Source: the human T2T-CHM13v2.0 reference genome, Homo sapiens | Direction: 5' to 3' (one strand) | Assembly: GCF_009914755.1 (NCBI RefSeq) | Contig: NC_060941.1 | DNA length: 64,000 bases | Part shown: in pieces, positions 29,341 to 44,790 of the stretch | Position numbering within the stretch: position 1 is the first letter of the stretch | Layout: the number at the start of each line of letters is the position of its first letter | Position numbers and translations under genes: made by a program | Notes under the pieces: generated by a model | What the model saw: the letters and a program-made list of their open reading frames with translations, nothing else | The model's database searches: none | Told to the model about the DNA's origin: nothing

Positions 29341-32300
29341 TTGCTGTCCCTGGTGTTTAATGGTTTGTTTTCTTGCTGTCCAAGGCCTTAACAACAGTCC
29401 TCATGGTCTCATCCTGTCTGTGTCTTCCCTCTGGGCTCCCTACCTGCCCATCGGTCCAATCCAAGGCTGCTTTTTACTCCTCCCTCCCTAAAAACCAGGA
29501 GCTCCAGCCAGGGACCCAGGACCCCAAGGGACAGGCTCCAGATGAGGAAATCAAGGTTCTCAGGGGAAAAGGGTTTCACCCCACAAGTTGGAGTGGAGCT
29601 GGGATTTAACCTTAGGCCCCCTCCCCCCACCCCGGACCCCTAGGTCCTGGTTCTTTGTGCTGTAGCTGCATGTCCCACATGGGGATATCACTCCCAGAGA
29701 GAGCTGGCCACATTCCCAGCATCTTATCTGTTGGGCGTTGGCTTTCCTGGAAGATCCAGGGCAGGACGTGAGGCTCTTGTATGAAAACAAGCCTCAAGTG
29801 GACTCTGCAGCAGAATGCCAGCCTTGCATACACTTCCAGACTCAGTGAACGGCATCCAAGAAATGTCATGGCTTGAATGGGCAGGGACCCCCTGGGACTC
29901 CCTTGGCCCAGCCCTCGGCCTCAGCTGCTCCATGACTTAGAAGCGGGGAAGCTTTGAGATGGCCTCCTCAGGGTGCGCTGGGGAGGTCTCTTTGCCATGT
30001 TCAGAACTCGCCCTGGCCTGGACTCCCCTGGAGCTCCCTTGAGCTTCTCTGAACCCCTAGGTGACAGGGGAAGAAACCCTCAGATGGGTGATCACGGCCC
30101 TTCCCGCCCCCTGGTCCCAGGCATTGATGGGGCTGTGGCATTTGCTTTTCCTTCCTCCAGGGGTCCTGGCTCCACTCAGCTTCCCACTCCTCCTGCCCCC
30201 TCCAGAGCAGCTGCGTCCCTGCGATCAATATGGAGCTGATCAATCTATCTGTCCCTCTGCTTGGCTGAGGAAGCCAGCAATGATGGCCACCTTGGGACCC
30301 CATGAGTGCTCCTGAGACTGTGGCATGTATCACCTCCTCACTGCACAGGTGGGGAAATTGAGGCCTCCAGAGGGTCAGGGCTTCCCAAAGTTCCCAGCAA
30401 GTCTGTGGGGTGGGAAGGGCTGGAACCTGCTCAGCTGGCTTCTCTTTCAGACATCACGTCTGTGATGCATATGGTCCTGGGTGCCCTGTGTCCCCGTGGC
30501 CATGCCTCAGGGGTCCTGAAGTGCTAAACCATGAATTCATCAAATGTTGACTGAGTGTCTGCTCTGGGTTGGGCAGGCCCTGTGCATCCAGGGATGCCTA
30601 AGACAAGGACCCTGCCCTCACGACGGAGCTGATGTTCTCATCGGGAGCGGGACAACACTGAGATGTCAGGTGGTAGTGAGCACTGTAAAGAAAAATAAAC
30701 CAGCGAAATGGGAAGGAAAAGGTCAGGGAAGACCTCCTGGAGGAGACATTTGAGCAGATGCCTGAAGACAGTGCGGGATGAGTCACAAGATGCCAGCAGG
30801 AAGAGCTTTCCAGGCAGGGAGCAGCAGTGCAAATGCCCTGTGGTCGGCATGTGCTTGGCACTTGAGAAAGTTGCTTCAGAGCTGGCAGAGCTCACAGGCC
30901 TGGCCCCTACTGTAGGCACTCAGCCTGGCCTCCATGGATTCATTCCACATACTTTAAACATTCCAACTAGGGGCCAGCATTTTCAAATCTAAGATTTGTT
31001 TCCATAAAAAGTCCTGATTTCCAGCCTTTCTTAAGAAATTGAAACCTAGAGTCAGGAGTGTCCACCCCTTTGGCCTGCCTTATCCACCCTCTTGCTTGAG
31101 TCCTGCAAGGGCTTGTGGCCCTGGCAAGAGGATGTGGTTGGGGCACAGATGGCACATGCGTTATCACAGGTTTCTGCTTCTTTATATTCTGTCTGGAGAA
31201 AAACACTGGTGATTGAAGCACGGTTGCCACCCAACGAGGCAGAACTGAAAGGTCACTGAACGGTCTTGACCACATTCTCCTGGTTGTCACCAGTTGCTGG
31301 CAGTTTGCAGCAATCTCTCCACCTTTGGAAAGTCGGGGGTCGGGGGGCGTCCACCGCCCCTTGCTGTAGCTGTGCCACCCCTAACTGAAATCTCGGGCAG
31401 GTCACTTCGTCACTTGGTCAAGGTCCTCCATGTTTCTGTGCCTCAGTTTCCTTGTCTGGAGAATGGGGGAAATGAACACTGGGCTGTCTAGCTTAGGACA
31501 GAAACAAGAGCAGTCAGGGGCTTTGATGCTTTAGGGCTAAACATCTTACTCATTTTCAAGTTATGGTAAGAGAGAGAATGTTTGGGGACGTGCCAGCCCT
31601 CAGATTTCAGCCAAACCCAAGCTGGCATTCAGAGCCTCTGAGGTCTCGGCATGGACACACCCAGTGTCCATCCCTTCCTTCTCCTTCCCCTCTGGGGCCC
31701 CAGCCACCTGGCTTTATCTCCCACTCTGCACCCACTCACTGTGCGGCTCATGCTTTTGAGCACCTGTTGTAGACCAGGCCCCTGCTAGGATGAGTGGCAG
31801 GCTGTGGTTTGAGCAGGCCCCTGGGGACGGGCCTGCTGCAGGCCTAGCTGTGCTCCCATCCTAGCCTGTCAGGTGGGCCCCATCCCACCCCCATGGGCCC
31901 CTGCTCTGACCCTCAGGTCATTTCCCAGTATCCTTTGCCCTCAGGCTTCTGCGCTTGGTGGTGGTGGGGGAAGGGGGCACGTCTCTCCTTATGTCTCTCC
32001 TCGGATGGCCTCCTAGCAGCGGCCACCTGCCCCCACCAGCCCCATGGCTCCAGACACCCCTGCCGAGGCTCCAGCTCCCTTCGCATGAACACAGCCCCTG
32101 GGACTGGTGACCCTGTTGCTTTCTTCCCTGCCTCCAGCCTGGGATGGCGGCTTCCTGCTGATTTCAATCCTGGATTCCTCCTCATCCCGTTTAGCTCTCA
32201 GAGCCTTTATCACAGTGTGACCAGCTCCCTAGACGCAATTCTCTCTGTTGGAGAGAACTGGAGGGCTTCTTTTTCCTGGCTGGATCCTGCCTGATTCCGT

Positions 32301-32879
32301 GGCCATGTCCTGACTGCACAGATCAGAGTGGTCTGGCTGTGGGCCTCTTTCCTTGCCTGAATCATGAGCTTCCTGAGGACGAGGACTGATGGGCTTCTTC
32401 CACAGTAACAGACTCAGCTTCGAGGAGGCCTCAGTGATGTCACACCTCATGATGTCAGCTGATACCACTTCTGCAGCAGGCACAGCCAGGGCCAGTCAGG
32501 CAGCTCCAGGGCATGAAGGGTCAGTCCCTACCCCCAGCCCTGAGCATCACCTAGTGGCAGGGGAGGCCAAGAGGGAGACCCCTGGCCTGCAGTCTCCAGG
32601 GCAGAGAATCAGCCCAGTCAGCAGGGCCTGCTATGATCTCTCTCTTGCCCTCTCAGTACTGGCTGAGGAGGGGCCTGGACCCCAGACCCAGGACTCCTCT
32701 TCCTTCTTGTTCCCACAGGCTTGGGGCCCTCACAGTCGCTCTGGGCTGACTTACTCTCAAGTCCAGCCCGTTCCTAGGACCAGGTGTTTGGAGCTCAGAG
32801 GGTTTGTTTTATGGCCTTGACTCTCATCAGGGCCTGTGGCAGAGCCCAGCTTCCCCTACTGAAGCCTCTTACACAGCTG

Positions 32880-33262
32880 GACACAGACCCAGCTACACAA
32901 GGGTGCACAGGGACACAGACACAACTACACACAGATATGTACATGTGCGCACAGACACACATGGGTATGCACAACACAGACACACAGGGACACATACAGT
33001 CACACATGAGTACACACAGACGCGGACACATGTGCACACATGGACACACATGATCACATACAGACACACAGGGACATACAATCACACATCAGTACACACA
33101 GACACACATGGACACACAGGCACACACATACAGACACATCTGCATAGGCACACACACATATACATGGACACACAAATATAGATAATAGAGACATACATAT
33201 CTATACCTGCATAGATACAGAGACACAGACATGCAAATACAGATACGCCCAGACACACACAC
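32880..33262. repeat. Degenerate (CA)n-rich repeat
   Basis: Directly visible. Confidence 0.9.
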
Positions 33263-33934
33263 GCAGCCTGGGGCTGTGATGGGGTAATGCCGGGTGCCTG
33301 GTGTCCTGGCCCAGCCTGGTGGGGCGGCAGGCCTGAGGGTGAGTCCCTTCACCCCATTAGCGATGCATTTTCAGAAATACAGAGGCAGCAAGAAGAGGCC
33401 AAAGCCTTGGCCAGCATCCGGGTGGTTTCAGGTGACATCTGTCATGCGGAGAAACACGCCTCACGGTTCTCCTCCACCTCCCCGATGGCTGCCCTGCAGC
33501 TCACAGGCCCTCCCAGACGCCTTTTCCTTTTCGCACCATCAGTGTCTCCGCCTTTCCGCACCATCAGTATCTCTGGGTTGAGGCTGTTGAGGCTGCAGGC
33601 CCCCAGGCACGTGCCAGATGCGGACGCTGTGGGCATTTCCGCTCAGCTGCAAGAACAGCGCCACTGAGGCATCCAGAGGCTGCAACCTCCACCAGCAACA
33701 GTCACGTCCGTGGTGTTTGTGCTTCACTACAAGTCCCTGGCCAGCAGGCTGGCACGTTTCATTTTCATTTTCGTGGGCACTGTGCACGGCCCCATGTTCA
33801 CAGGAATCCAGGCACGGAGTGGACGTCCCCTCCCTGCCGCATCCCCAGCCTCTCGGTTCTCTCCAGAGGTCAGCGCTGGATTGTTTGTGTGTCCTGCTGG
33901 AGACTCCCGTACACACAGCATTGCTATGACATCT

Positions 33935-34272
33935 TTTTTGTGGTTCTTTTTTGTTTTGTTGGTTTTTTGGTTTTGGTTTTTTTGAGACAGAGTCTCACTT
34001 TGATACCCAGGCTGGAGTGCAGTGGTGCCATCACAGCTCACTGCAGCCTCAAACTCCAGGGCTCAAGGGATCCTCCCGACTCAGCCTCCTAAGTTGCTAG
34101 GACTACAAGCATTAGCCACCACGTCCAGCTAATTAAATTTTTTTTTTTTTTGTATAGACAGGGTCTTCCTATATTACCCATGCTGGTCTCGAACTCCTGG
34201 GCTCAATCAATCCTCCTGCCTTGGCCTCCTGTAGTGCTTGGGATTACAGGCTTGAGCCTCTGTGACTGGGCC
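33935..34272 (-). mobile_element. AluJ
   Basis: tcacagctcactgcagcctcaaactccagggctcaag (J-type). Confidence 0.92.
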
Positions 34273-36194
34273 CTTTTTTGTGGTTCTTATTTTGAACAGA
34301 AAAGGTAGCCTGTGTGGACACTGCTCTGCACCCTTGGTTTTGCAAACCTGATGCATTGGGGAAGTGTCTCATGTGGTGACAATGGAGCTGCCTCTTCTTT
34401 TTTCCTGGCTGTCTCCCCTTCAACAGTGTGGATGTCCCCACACATTATGCACCCCGCCCCATGGTGGCATCCTGGTTATGCAGAGAGGCTGCAGTCAGCA
34501 CCCTTGCTCAGGGACCTGGTTATCTGTGAGTCAAAGTCATCAGTAGGTCTGGGGACACTCCCCATGCCACTCTGGGGTCTTTGACAACCTGATGGGTGAA
34601 AAATGGCACCTCCAGTTAGATTGAATTTGGTTTACACTTTTAAGAGTGAGCAGTATGGTTTTGGGGGGTGGAGAGCAGGGCCCCCAGGCCAGTGGTCAGT
34701 TGTTGCAGGGGGTGGGACAGCACTAACCACGCCCAGGGTGGGTGGGGCCCCTTGCCCCCCAGGTTGGTGTTGAGGACAGGCAAAGCTTCCTGAAAGAGCT
34801 TCTTCACTGGGCCATGGGGCGGGTGAAGGATTTCCTCAGGGGAGGAAGAGAGAGAGGGTTCCAGGCAATGGAACAGCACAGGCAAAGGCAGGGCTCCCTG
34901 AAAGTCTGCCTGAAAGTCAGGGTGGGTTTAGGGAGCAGAGGGTTGCCAACTTGGTGGGAGGGGACATGGACAGGCCATCTTGCCCAGAGCCCCAGTTTGT
35001 CTTCTGGGCACTGGGGAGCCAAGTCAGGAGAGGGAGGAGGGAGGGCCAAGGGCAGGGTCTTCTTCATCCGGGGGAGGAAGAGACAAGCAGAGGCAACCCT
35101 AATAAACGAGGCCTGTCCCCCCAGCAAATAATGAACCCGGATGGAGCAGAGGCCGATGTTTTATTCATGGCCGGCACAGGGCAATCAATTACCCACCCAG
35201 CCGCTGCCCGGCACTGCCTCCATCATCCTGCCATCCTGCGCTATTTTGGGCTTGGGCTGGGCCTCGCCTCCCCTGTCATCCAGGCCTTCTCCCCGCCTGG
35301 GCGGGGTGCGCTCATCCTGGCTCAGGGTGACAGGCCAGAGGGGCAGAGAAGCCACGGGTCCAATCTCACTGAGTATTTGGGTAAACTGAGGCTCAGCGAG
35401 GTGCAATGATGTGACAGGCTCCCACGGTTTCGGGGAACTGGGCTTTCATTTCCCCCAGTGCAGCCCCTAGGCCGGTGGTCGGGGGAGGATTCTTGTTCCC
35501 ATTTCACAGAAGGGGATGTGGAGGACCTCAGGTGTCAGAGGACGGGCCCCAGATCTTTGTGCCCACAGAGCAGCCTCTGGGAAATGGTGGCAGCCTTCCT
35601 GGATTTCCGGCAGGGTGAGCTACCTCGAACCCCAGAACCTCAGGGGTCCTCAGAGAGGGGGAGGAAATTCACCTGAGGCTCACAGCATGGCCCTGGCGGG
35701 GAGGGGAGAGGCGGTGGGATGAGCAAGAGTTGATTTATTGTGACTGTGCTTGTGACATCTAGGCTGCTGAGTTGCTGGGCCTGGCTCATTCTCGCCAAGG
35801 ACAAGCCCACCAGCTCTGCCGCCCAGTGTCCCTCTCCCTGTTTGGCCTCTGCAGGGGGTGAGACAAACCTGAGGGCAGCAGGAGTCCACACAGCCATCTG
35901 TTTCTGGGGCCTGCAGGCTTCTCAAAGCGGGGATTCTCTGGCTCCTGGGGTGGCTGAGCGCCCACCATGCTCCAAACTCTGGGGCTCTCCAGCAAGCCGT
36001 TCCTGGCATCAGACTCCAGCCCCGAGTCTCCCCACTGTGAGAGGAACATGTCCTAGAGCTGGTGTGGGAAGAGCATGCCCGGCTCGTGTGGTCACCTCAG
36101 CCCTGCATCCAATTTGATTTCCCTCCATCCCATTTTCCACGTACGCACTGGCACATTTGTGCCACCACATGGCCCAGTGATCGCATACACAGGT

Positions 36195-37005
36195 GTGTAC
36201 ACCCAAGAGAAATGAAGACAGGCGTCTAAACAAGCACCACCACAGCCATGTTCACACAGGGCTGCTCACTGTCGCCAAAGGTGGAGATATCCTAACATCC
36301 GTCACCTGATGGACGCAAAGTGAAACACGGTCTGTCCACACAGCAGAGCATCATGCAATCATCACAAGGAAGGACATGCTGGTCTATGTTGCAACACGGA
36401 TGAGCCTCACAGCATCATGTTGAGTGAAAGCAGCCAGGCGCAAGAGCGTGCATGCAGGATTTCATTCACAGGAAACACCAGTGGACAACTATTCTCAAAT
36501 TCATTCATTCCACCAGGTCACTGAGTGCCTACTGTGTGCCAGGCACTGTGCTGGGCACTGGGGGTAAGCAGGTCCCAGAACATCCGTGTCCCAGGGGAGC
36601 AACATTCTAGTGGAGAAGACAAAGGCAAAAGTGCCAGCGTGTTCGCAGAGAAATTCACAGAGACAGAAAGCAGATTGGTGGTTGCCAGGGGCTGAAGGGA
36701 GGGGAGATGGGGACAGGGTTTTCTCTTGCGGTGATGAAAATGTGTTGGAACTAGATAAAGGTGGTGGTTGCACAACATTATGAGTATAATAAATTCCACT
36801 AAATGATTCATTTTAAAAAATACATTTTAAAAATAGAGACAGAATATTGTTATGTTGCTTAGGCTGGTCCCGAACTCCTGGCTTCAAGCAATCCTCCTGC
36901 CTCGGCCTCCTGAAGTACTGAGATTATAGGCATGAGCCACTGCACCTGGCCTGTTCACTTTGAAATGGTTAATTTTACATTATGTAAATAGTACCTTAAT
37001 TAAAA
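36195..37005 (+). mobile_element. L1MB fragments with an L2 piece (~36500-36620) and a reverse Alu monomer (~36826-36951)
   Basis: tacacccaagagaaatgaagaca; agacagaaagcagattggtggttgccagggg; ggtgatgaaaatgtgttggaactagata. Confidence 0.75.
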
Positions 37006-37015
37006 AAAATAAACC

Positions 37016-37336
<321 letters not shown>

Positions 37337-37339
37337 TCA

Positions 37340-37895
37340 GAGAGACCATCTTGCCCCTGCTTAAAACCTTCCAGCTGTTCCCCATAGAACAAAAATATAA
37401 AGTTCAAGTCTTGTGCTGTGGCTCTCAGGGTCCCGTGATCTGGCTTAGCCTCTCCCTGACTCGGGGCCAGCGCTCTGTTTCTCTGGGCTCTCTGTGTGAG
37501 TGGCCATGCTCTGTCCTGCCTCCAAGCCTTGTGCCTGCTGACCACCCCCACCCAGAATGGAACACTCTTTTTCCATCTCTGCACCAGTTTTCACGTCTCC
37601 TGTCAAACATCCCTCTTTGGAGAGGCCCTCACTGACCTCCCTGGCTAAGTAGCCGCTCACGCCTCATTCGCCACCCTGCTACCCTGACCTTCATACCTTG
37701 ACCTCTGCCTGAAACTGCCTCCTCTGAAGTTTACGCATCTCCATTTTTGTTGTCTGTCTCCTGCACAAGAAGATCAGCTGCACAAGAACAGGGGCTTTTG
37801 TCTCTTTTGTGCCCTGTTATGTCTCCAATGCCCAGATCGGGGACTGGCCCAGAGCAGGTGTTCAGCAAAGGAATGAATGAATGAATGAATGAATG
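37340..37895. mobile_element. L2 3' fragment
   Basis: cccctgcttaaaaccttccag...gggcttttgtctcttttgtgccctg... ending in an (GAAT)n tail. Confidence 0.7.
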
Positions 37896-39080
37896 GAAGT
37901 TGGCTCCCATCTTTCCAGCCCTGCCTCCAACACCTCCAGCGAGACTGTGGTTCCTCTTCTCACAGTGGATTCCCACCCCCAAGCCGAGCCCAGGGCCCCT
38001 CGCGGGCATTTGGTGAAGTTATGGCCGTGTCCTGTTGCCCTTGCGTTAATGCTGCAGTGTCTGGCCTGGTTTCCCAGTTCTTTCCCTTCCCCAGCCGGCC
38101 CAGCTGTCAATTCCCACCACCCTCAACCCCCATCACCAATGCCGGTGCTTGCGCCCACCACAGACAGGTCCCACTTCCAGGCCCTGTGCCTACCTGAGGC
38201 CACTGTGAGGCATGTGGTGAGACTGACCTTGCCGGCAGGATTTGAGGGGAGCCAAGAAGCCAGCTTGGGAGGCATGACAACCGCAGTCATGGATGTTGCC
38301 ACGAGGACCTGCATGTCCTTCACTATTATCCCTCTTGACCCCTGGTTGGGTGATAACTGACCTTATTTTTCAGATGACAAAATTGAGGCTCAGGAAAGTT
38401 AAGATTGTGCTCCAAGGTCACAGAGCAGGGAAGGGACGAGCTGCAATGGCTGCTGCACTTCCCTTATGGTAATAGCCTTATTACTCCTGTTGCTGCTGCT
38501 GGGTCCTGGGCTCCATCTCCAGGAGCCTTTCCCCTTGGCCCCTCCCACCCCTCCAGAGCCTCAGGCCACTCTTGCTGAATAAGGGTCTAGCCATTTACTG
38601 ACCTGGGGCTGGTCCTCATCTGGAAAGCGGGATGGTGAGAGGCGGTAATGAGGGACCTGACACGTGGACGGGATCTGGGAAACGGCCGTAACAGGCCGTC
38701 CTTTTCTTTTCTCAGGGCTCCTGCCTGTGTGGAGAGATGATGGCTCCCCACCACTGCCACCTCCCCCACACCCCTGCCCACCCACGTCTCCCGCTCCCCG
38801 GGCTCACAGTCTGGGTAGAGGCTGTTTCAAACAGAAGACCAAGCATCTGCGGGAATCCAGACCAGACCCTAAGCCAGCTCCAGAGGGCTTCCTGGGGGAG
38901 AAGAGTTTTGACAAGAGTATCCAAGGCAGAAGAAACAGCCTGGGCAAAAGCCTGGAGGTGGGGAAATTGAGACCTCCTGGAGGCTGAGGAAGGCTGGAGG
39001 GAGGGAGGAGAACAAAGGGCCTTAACCAGCCATCAGGTGAGGGCAGCTAGGCCTTCCCCAGGGCCACATTATGACTTTCA

Positions 39081-40125
<1,045 letters not shown>

Positions 40126-41269
40126 GTTTCCATTCTCCATTATTTACTATATCAGCCTCTGCAGTCATCTCTTTTCTCTGGAGATTTCTCTAGCATCTGA
40201 TCCCGACCTTCCCATCATAAGCCCTCTCTTCACTTCCCATTGCTCACAGATACAAATCCAAACTTCAGACTTAGCTGGCTTTCAAGGCCCTGAAACTATT
40301 TTGTCTCTCCTCTCACTGCTCCCACCACGGATCCTGGAAGTTGTGTGGGCCCTGGGCACTGTGCCTACTGTGCCCTCCCTGGCTTTCCCTGCCAGCTGCG
40401 GCCTGTGCCTATGGGCTTGAGTCCAGAGAGGAGAAGTGAACCATGAACATGGGAACAAGAGGGGAAAAGGTGAACAGGACCAGATTAATGCACCAGCCTC
40501 AGCTCCCCGCCTGTAATGAGGGGATGGAGTGCCGATGTCCTCCCCGACATTCTAGGCTGGTTTCTGGGCTCACTGAGCTGCCTTGAGGGCCAAGGTGGTG
40601 GGGATAATGGAGGGGGCTGATCACTCTTCCCTCTCTCCTGCCACTTACCCCTTAACAGCCTAGCCGATCTGGAACAGAAGGGAAGGGCCTGCTGTGGGAG
40701 GGGCAGCCCCATTAGCACTGTTTCTGGCCCCTAGGGAGCCAGGGGTCACCAGAGCCCAGCTGCAGGGCCATTAGCAGCCCATTAGCCCTGCCCCTCCTTC
40801 CCAGTCCCCACTCTGGCTCCATTCAGGACCTGCCCTTCACGGCAGAGCTTCTGCCCCTTCACCAACCCCTGCAGGCCTCAGAGGCCCCCTCCGAGGTCAA
40901 CGTGTCAAGTTCCGGTCAGCCTGGGCAGGGCTGCAGCTGACCCTTGCAGAGCTGGGGAGGACAAAGGAAAGGGAACCCCTGCAGGTGTAAGTGGCTGGAC
41001 CCTCTGAAAGGGCTTCATCCATCTCTGAGGCAGGTGGTAATGGCTAGTGGAGAGGTGTGTAAGCCATGGGGCCAGCGAGTCAGGTGCCTCTGTCGTCTTT
41101 GCCAAGAAGGGGTTGCATTGCTGATTTCTGACTCCCCTAGTGTATGTGAGTTGCTTTTTATGGAGGAGCTGTGCCCCCTCAGTCAATCAATCAACACACT
41201 TTTGCTTGCTGAGCTAACAAAGTATTGGACCTGGAGAGGGAGAGCCAAGACCTTAGGCTCTCCTGGTTA

Positions 41270-41620
41270 CATAATCCATTCATTCACTAGCAGATATTCA
41301 GTGAGTGCTCACTGTATGCCAGGCCCTGGAGCACAGCAGCAAGAGACACTCCAGTAGAGGAGAGGACAGTAAACACAGAAAACAATCAGTGGGACGATTT
41401 CTGGAAGGAAAGGGCTGTGCAGGAGATGAAGCAGGCATCATGAGACAGGCATGGGGTGGCTGTTGTAGTCTGAGGGTTTGGGGAGGCCTCTTACAGGAGA
41501 CCTTTGAGCTGAGCCTGGGTGGTGAGAAGGAGCCTACCAAGTGGAGGGCAAGGACTGAAGGTCACAGGCAGTGGGACAGCAAGTGCAAGGGTCCCCGAGA
41601 TGGGGACAGAAGCTAGCAAG
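41270..41620. mobile_element. L2 fragment
   Basis: cattcattcac...gagtgctcactgtatgccaggccctg...cagcaagtgcaagggtccc. Confidence 0.65.
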
Positions 41621-44289
41621 CCCTGGAGGCTGGGGGAGGGGGAGGGAGGTGGGAGGTGGCAGAGGGAGGTCATAGATTCTCACTGCTATGCCAAGCCTTG
41701 AGGGCTCAGGTCTGATTCCAGTCTCCCAGAACTTCCTTGGCTGTGCATGGGGCTCACAGGGGCAGCAGGGAGGCCTGCAGGGGGTGGCCACTGCCTGAGT
41801 CCTGGTGAGCAACCATGGGGGCTCCGACCTGGTGGAGGTAGCAAAGGAGGGACTTGCATCTGCTGAGGTCTGAGCAGCCAGGAGTCAGAATCTTGTGAAC
41901 CTCAGAATCAGACTCTCAGCATTAGAATTAGAATTAGGAGCTCTTAGCCCTGACATTTGAGGCTGGCGGGAAGCTCAGTGGGGACCGCACAATCTGGGCT
42001 GAGCCACACCCTAAAGCCAGCTATCTCACCCGGAAAACATTCCAGGCTGTGAAGGGCTGGATCCAGCCTGACTCGTGCTAAGTGCTTCACACATGTACTA
42101 TTTGTTCCTCATGAGGACCTGATGAGACAGATGCCATTCTTCTCCCCATTTCCTAGATGAAGTCACTTGTTCCAGGTCACTAAGGGAGGGATAGGGTCCT
42201 CCTTCCCCAGGGGCGCCTGACCTCTGGGTGGGGTCAGCGTGGGAAGGGGGAAGGCGTGGCAGAAAGAGAGTGTGCCTGGAACAGTATTTTTAGCGCTGCC
42301 TGCCCTGCGTGCGAGGGGAGGGGAATTAGAGATGGCTTTCAGGGCAGGAAGAGCATGAAGTGATGTCTTAATTGGGATCCTCAAGGAGAAACAGTGTTAC
42401 AAGCGCTCAATTATTTTATAATGAGCCTGCGGTGTGCAGGGAGAGCCACAGACATTTTCAAAGCTGAAGTGTGCGCCTGCATGTGTGTGTGTATGTGTGT
42501 GCATATGTGTGTGTGTGCATGTGTGCACGTGCATGTGCCCACAGGTGTATGGTGCTGAAGCGGGACTGTGGCAGGGTGGGACGGGCTCTTTCTCCTGATT
42601 TTGAGCAGTGGGCCCCTCACTTGTGCTGCCTTCTGCCCCTCAAGCCTCTTGTGGTGCCCCCGCCCACCAAGTCGCTCCCACAATGAGCCACCAGTGAGAG
42701 AACTTCAGGTTTTGCTGGGCAGGAGGATGCTGGAGCCTCAACAGGCCCTCCAGGAAGGGGACACCTTGGGGAATTTCCACTAAGCTTCAAGACCTTTCTC
42801 TTTGCTGAGTAGAAAGGGGACTGGTTGTGAGCATCATGCTGAGCACAGGGAGAGGGCTGTGCTGGGAAGGAAGGACCCACACTCAGCTCCATCGGGGCCA
42901 GGACCCAGCTGACCACCCTGCCACAGTTCCCCACAGCCCTCCTGATGACGCCCCAGCTCACCGGGGGAACTTCTGTGACCTGCCTGCTGCCCCATGATGA
43001 CCCTGCCCCATGCTCATCCAGCCAGATTCCTGCCTCCAGGCCTTTGCCTATGCTTTGCCACCACCTTGTCTCTGTTCAGGGCTGAAAAGCCTTCTGTCTC
43101 TTCCTTCGTGGCCTGGTTCAACTGCTTCTTCCTCTTTAGCAAAGCCCTTGTGTTTAACCTCACCCCAGCAGGGAGTCCCCAGCACGGTCCCTGCGTAAAT
43201 CAGCTCCTGCCAGGCCACTTGGTCAGCGCATCTCGTTAACGGAGGCTGGGCTAAACTTGAGGAATTCTGAAATGAAGGTTTCCACAGCAGTCGGGTAGAG
43301 ATCAGACTCTTTCCCCTAGGTGCTTTGGGGAGAGCTCAGCCCCCCAACATAGTGACCCTGAGCTGAGGCAAAGCAGAACAGGACATTAGTGTTTCTATTT
43401 CACATTGAAAAGGTTAAATTTCAAACTAACTTTTGAAAACATGATTTTTGTCTTCACTGCTACAGATAGGAATGAAACAGTGGCTGGGAAATGGGAAGTG
43501 GACAGAGAAGCATTGCTGAAAGGGGCTTGGGAACTGGCCCCAGGGTCCTCCACTTCCCCATCTGTGAAATGGAGACTCTAATGATGATTGTCTTCCTGGT
43601 CCCCAGGCCAAGATGAGGCCTCCAGGGAGGGAGAAGCTCTCATTACTGAGGCTCAGCAGTTCCTGAGAGTGGCTGTAATGGCATTGCGGGGGTGGCAGGG
43701 GCAGCAGCTCAGTGTCTCTAGACAGGGTTGGGGGCCCCTTGGAGTCCTTCCCACTGCCCTCCCCAGCCTTAGGGACCAGGTATCTAGATGCAGCTGCTGG
43801 AGTGGATGGAAGGACTTCCTGACCTCCAGCAGGAGCGGAGGTCTCCAGCGCTGTCACCCGAGGCCCGTAGAGGCTGGGGGCTGCAGCTTGAGGCTGTCGG
43901 GGCCTCAGAGCTCTGGGTGGGGAGCATTATACAATTTAACAAGCTGGAGAGTGGGGCTCCCAGAGGCCTGGGAAGAGGATAAGGAGGGAGCCCCTGGCCT
44001 GTGACCTCAGTCACTCACTAGCCATTCTTTTCTTTGCTCACTGATTCTCCTGTTCTTATCATCTGTTCCTCCCCCACCTTCATCTCAGCAAATGTTTCCC
44101 ATTGCCTTTCATAGCCAAGCCCCTGCTGAGTGCTGGGGATGCAGACACAGTCTCTGGCCTTAGGCACCTCCAGTTGTTGGGAGAGGCAGACATGTTCCAG
44201 GAACCATCCAAAAGTGCAAGTGCAGCACCAGCTACCCTGAGGGCTTGCAGGGGAGCCAAGGGGGCTCCAGAGGCCTCTCCTCTGCCTTT

Positions 44290-44790
44290 TGACACCCAAA
44301 TCGGCTCAGGTCACCCTTCTGTCAAACTTTCCCATGGATCCACTCTCTCCAGAAACAAAAGCAATGGCTCCCCAAGGCCTTGAGGCCCCCCGAACCCCAC
44401 CCTAGCTCCCACCCCCCTGGCCCCCGCTCCCTCTGTTCAGCCACATAGGCTTTCCCTGGAGCTCCCCACACCAGTCCCATCTCAGGGCCTTCGCACATGC
44501 TGTTTCCTCTACCTGGTGCTGTTCCCCCATGCTCCTCCCTACCTCCTTCAGGTCTTTCTCAGTGAAACAACTGGTTCAACTTAACAGTGCAACCCCTCCC
44601 CCTGTTTTTCTCCATAACACATTATGCTCTAATTCCTCACTCAGCTTGTTTGTTCTCTCTCTCATGAACTAGAACTCCACCTGCACAAGGGTGGGGATTC
44701 TGTTTTGTTCACTGTCTTGTCCCCAGTAGTGGGCACAGTGCCTGGCATCCAGTGAGTGCCTAACAAATATCACTTCAGTGATTGACTTAT
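44290..44790. mobile_element. L2 fragment
   Basis: ctcagggccttcgcacatgctgtt...ttctgttttgttcactg...cacagtgcctggca...aacaaatat. Confidence 0.7.

Noticed and set aside
41632-41653. G-quadruplex motif (also ~62708-62728)
   Set aside because: Real G-tracts, but common at this GC content and with nothing pointing to function.
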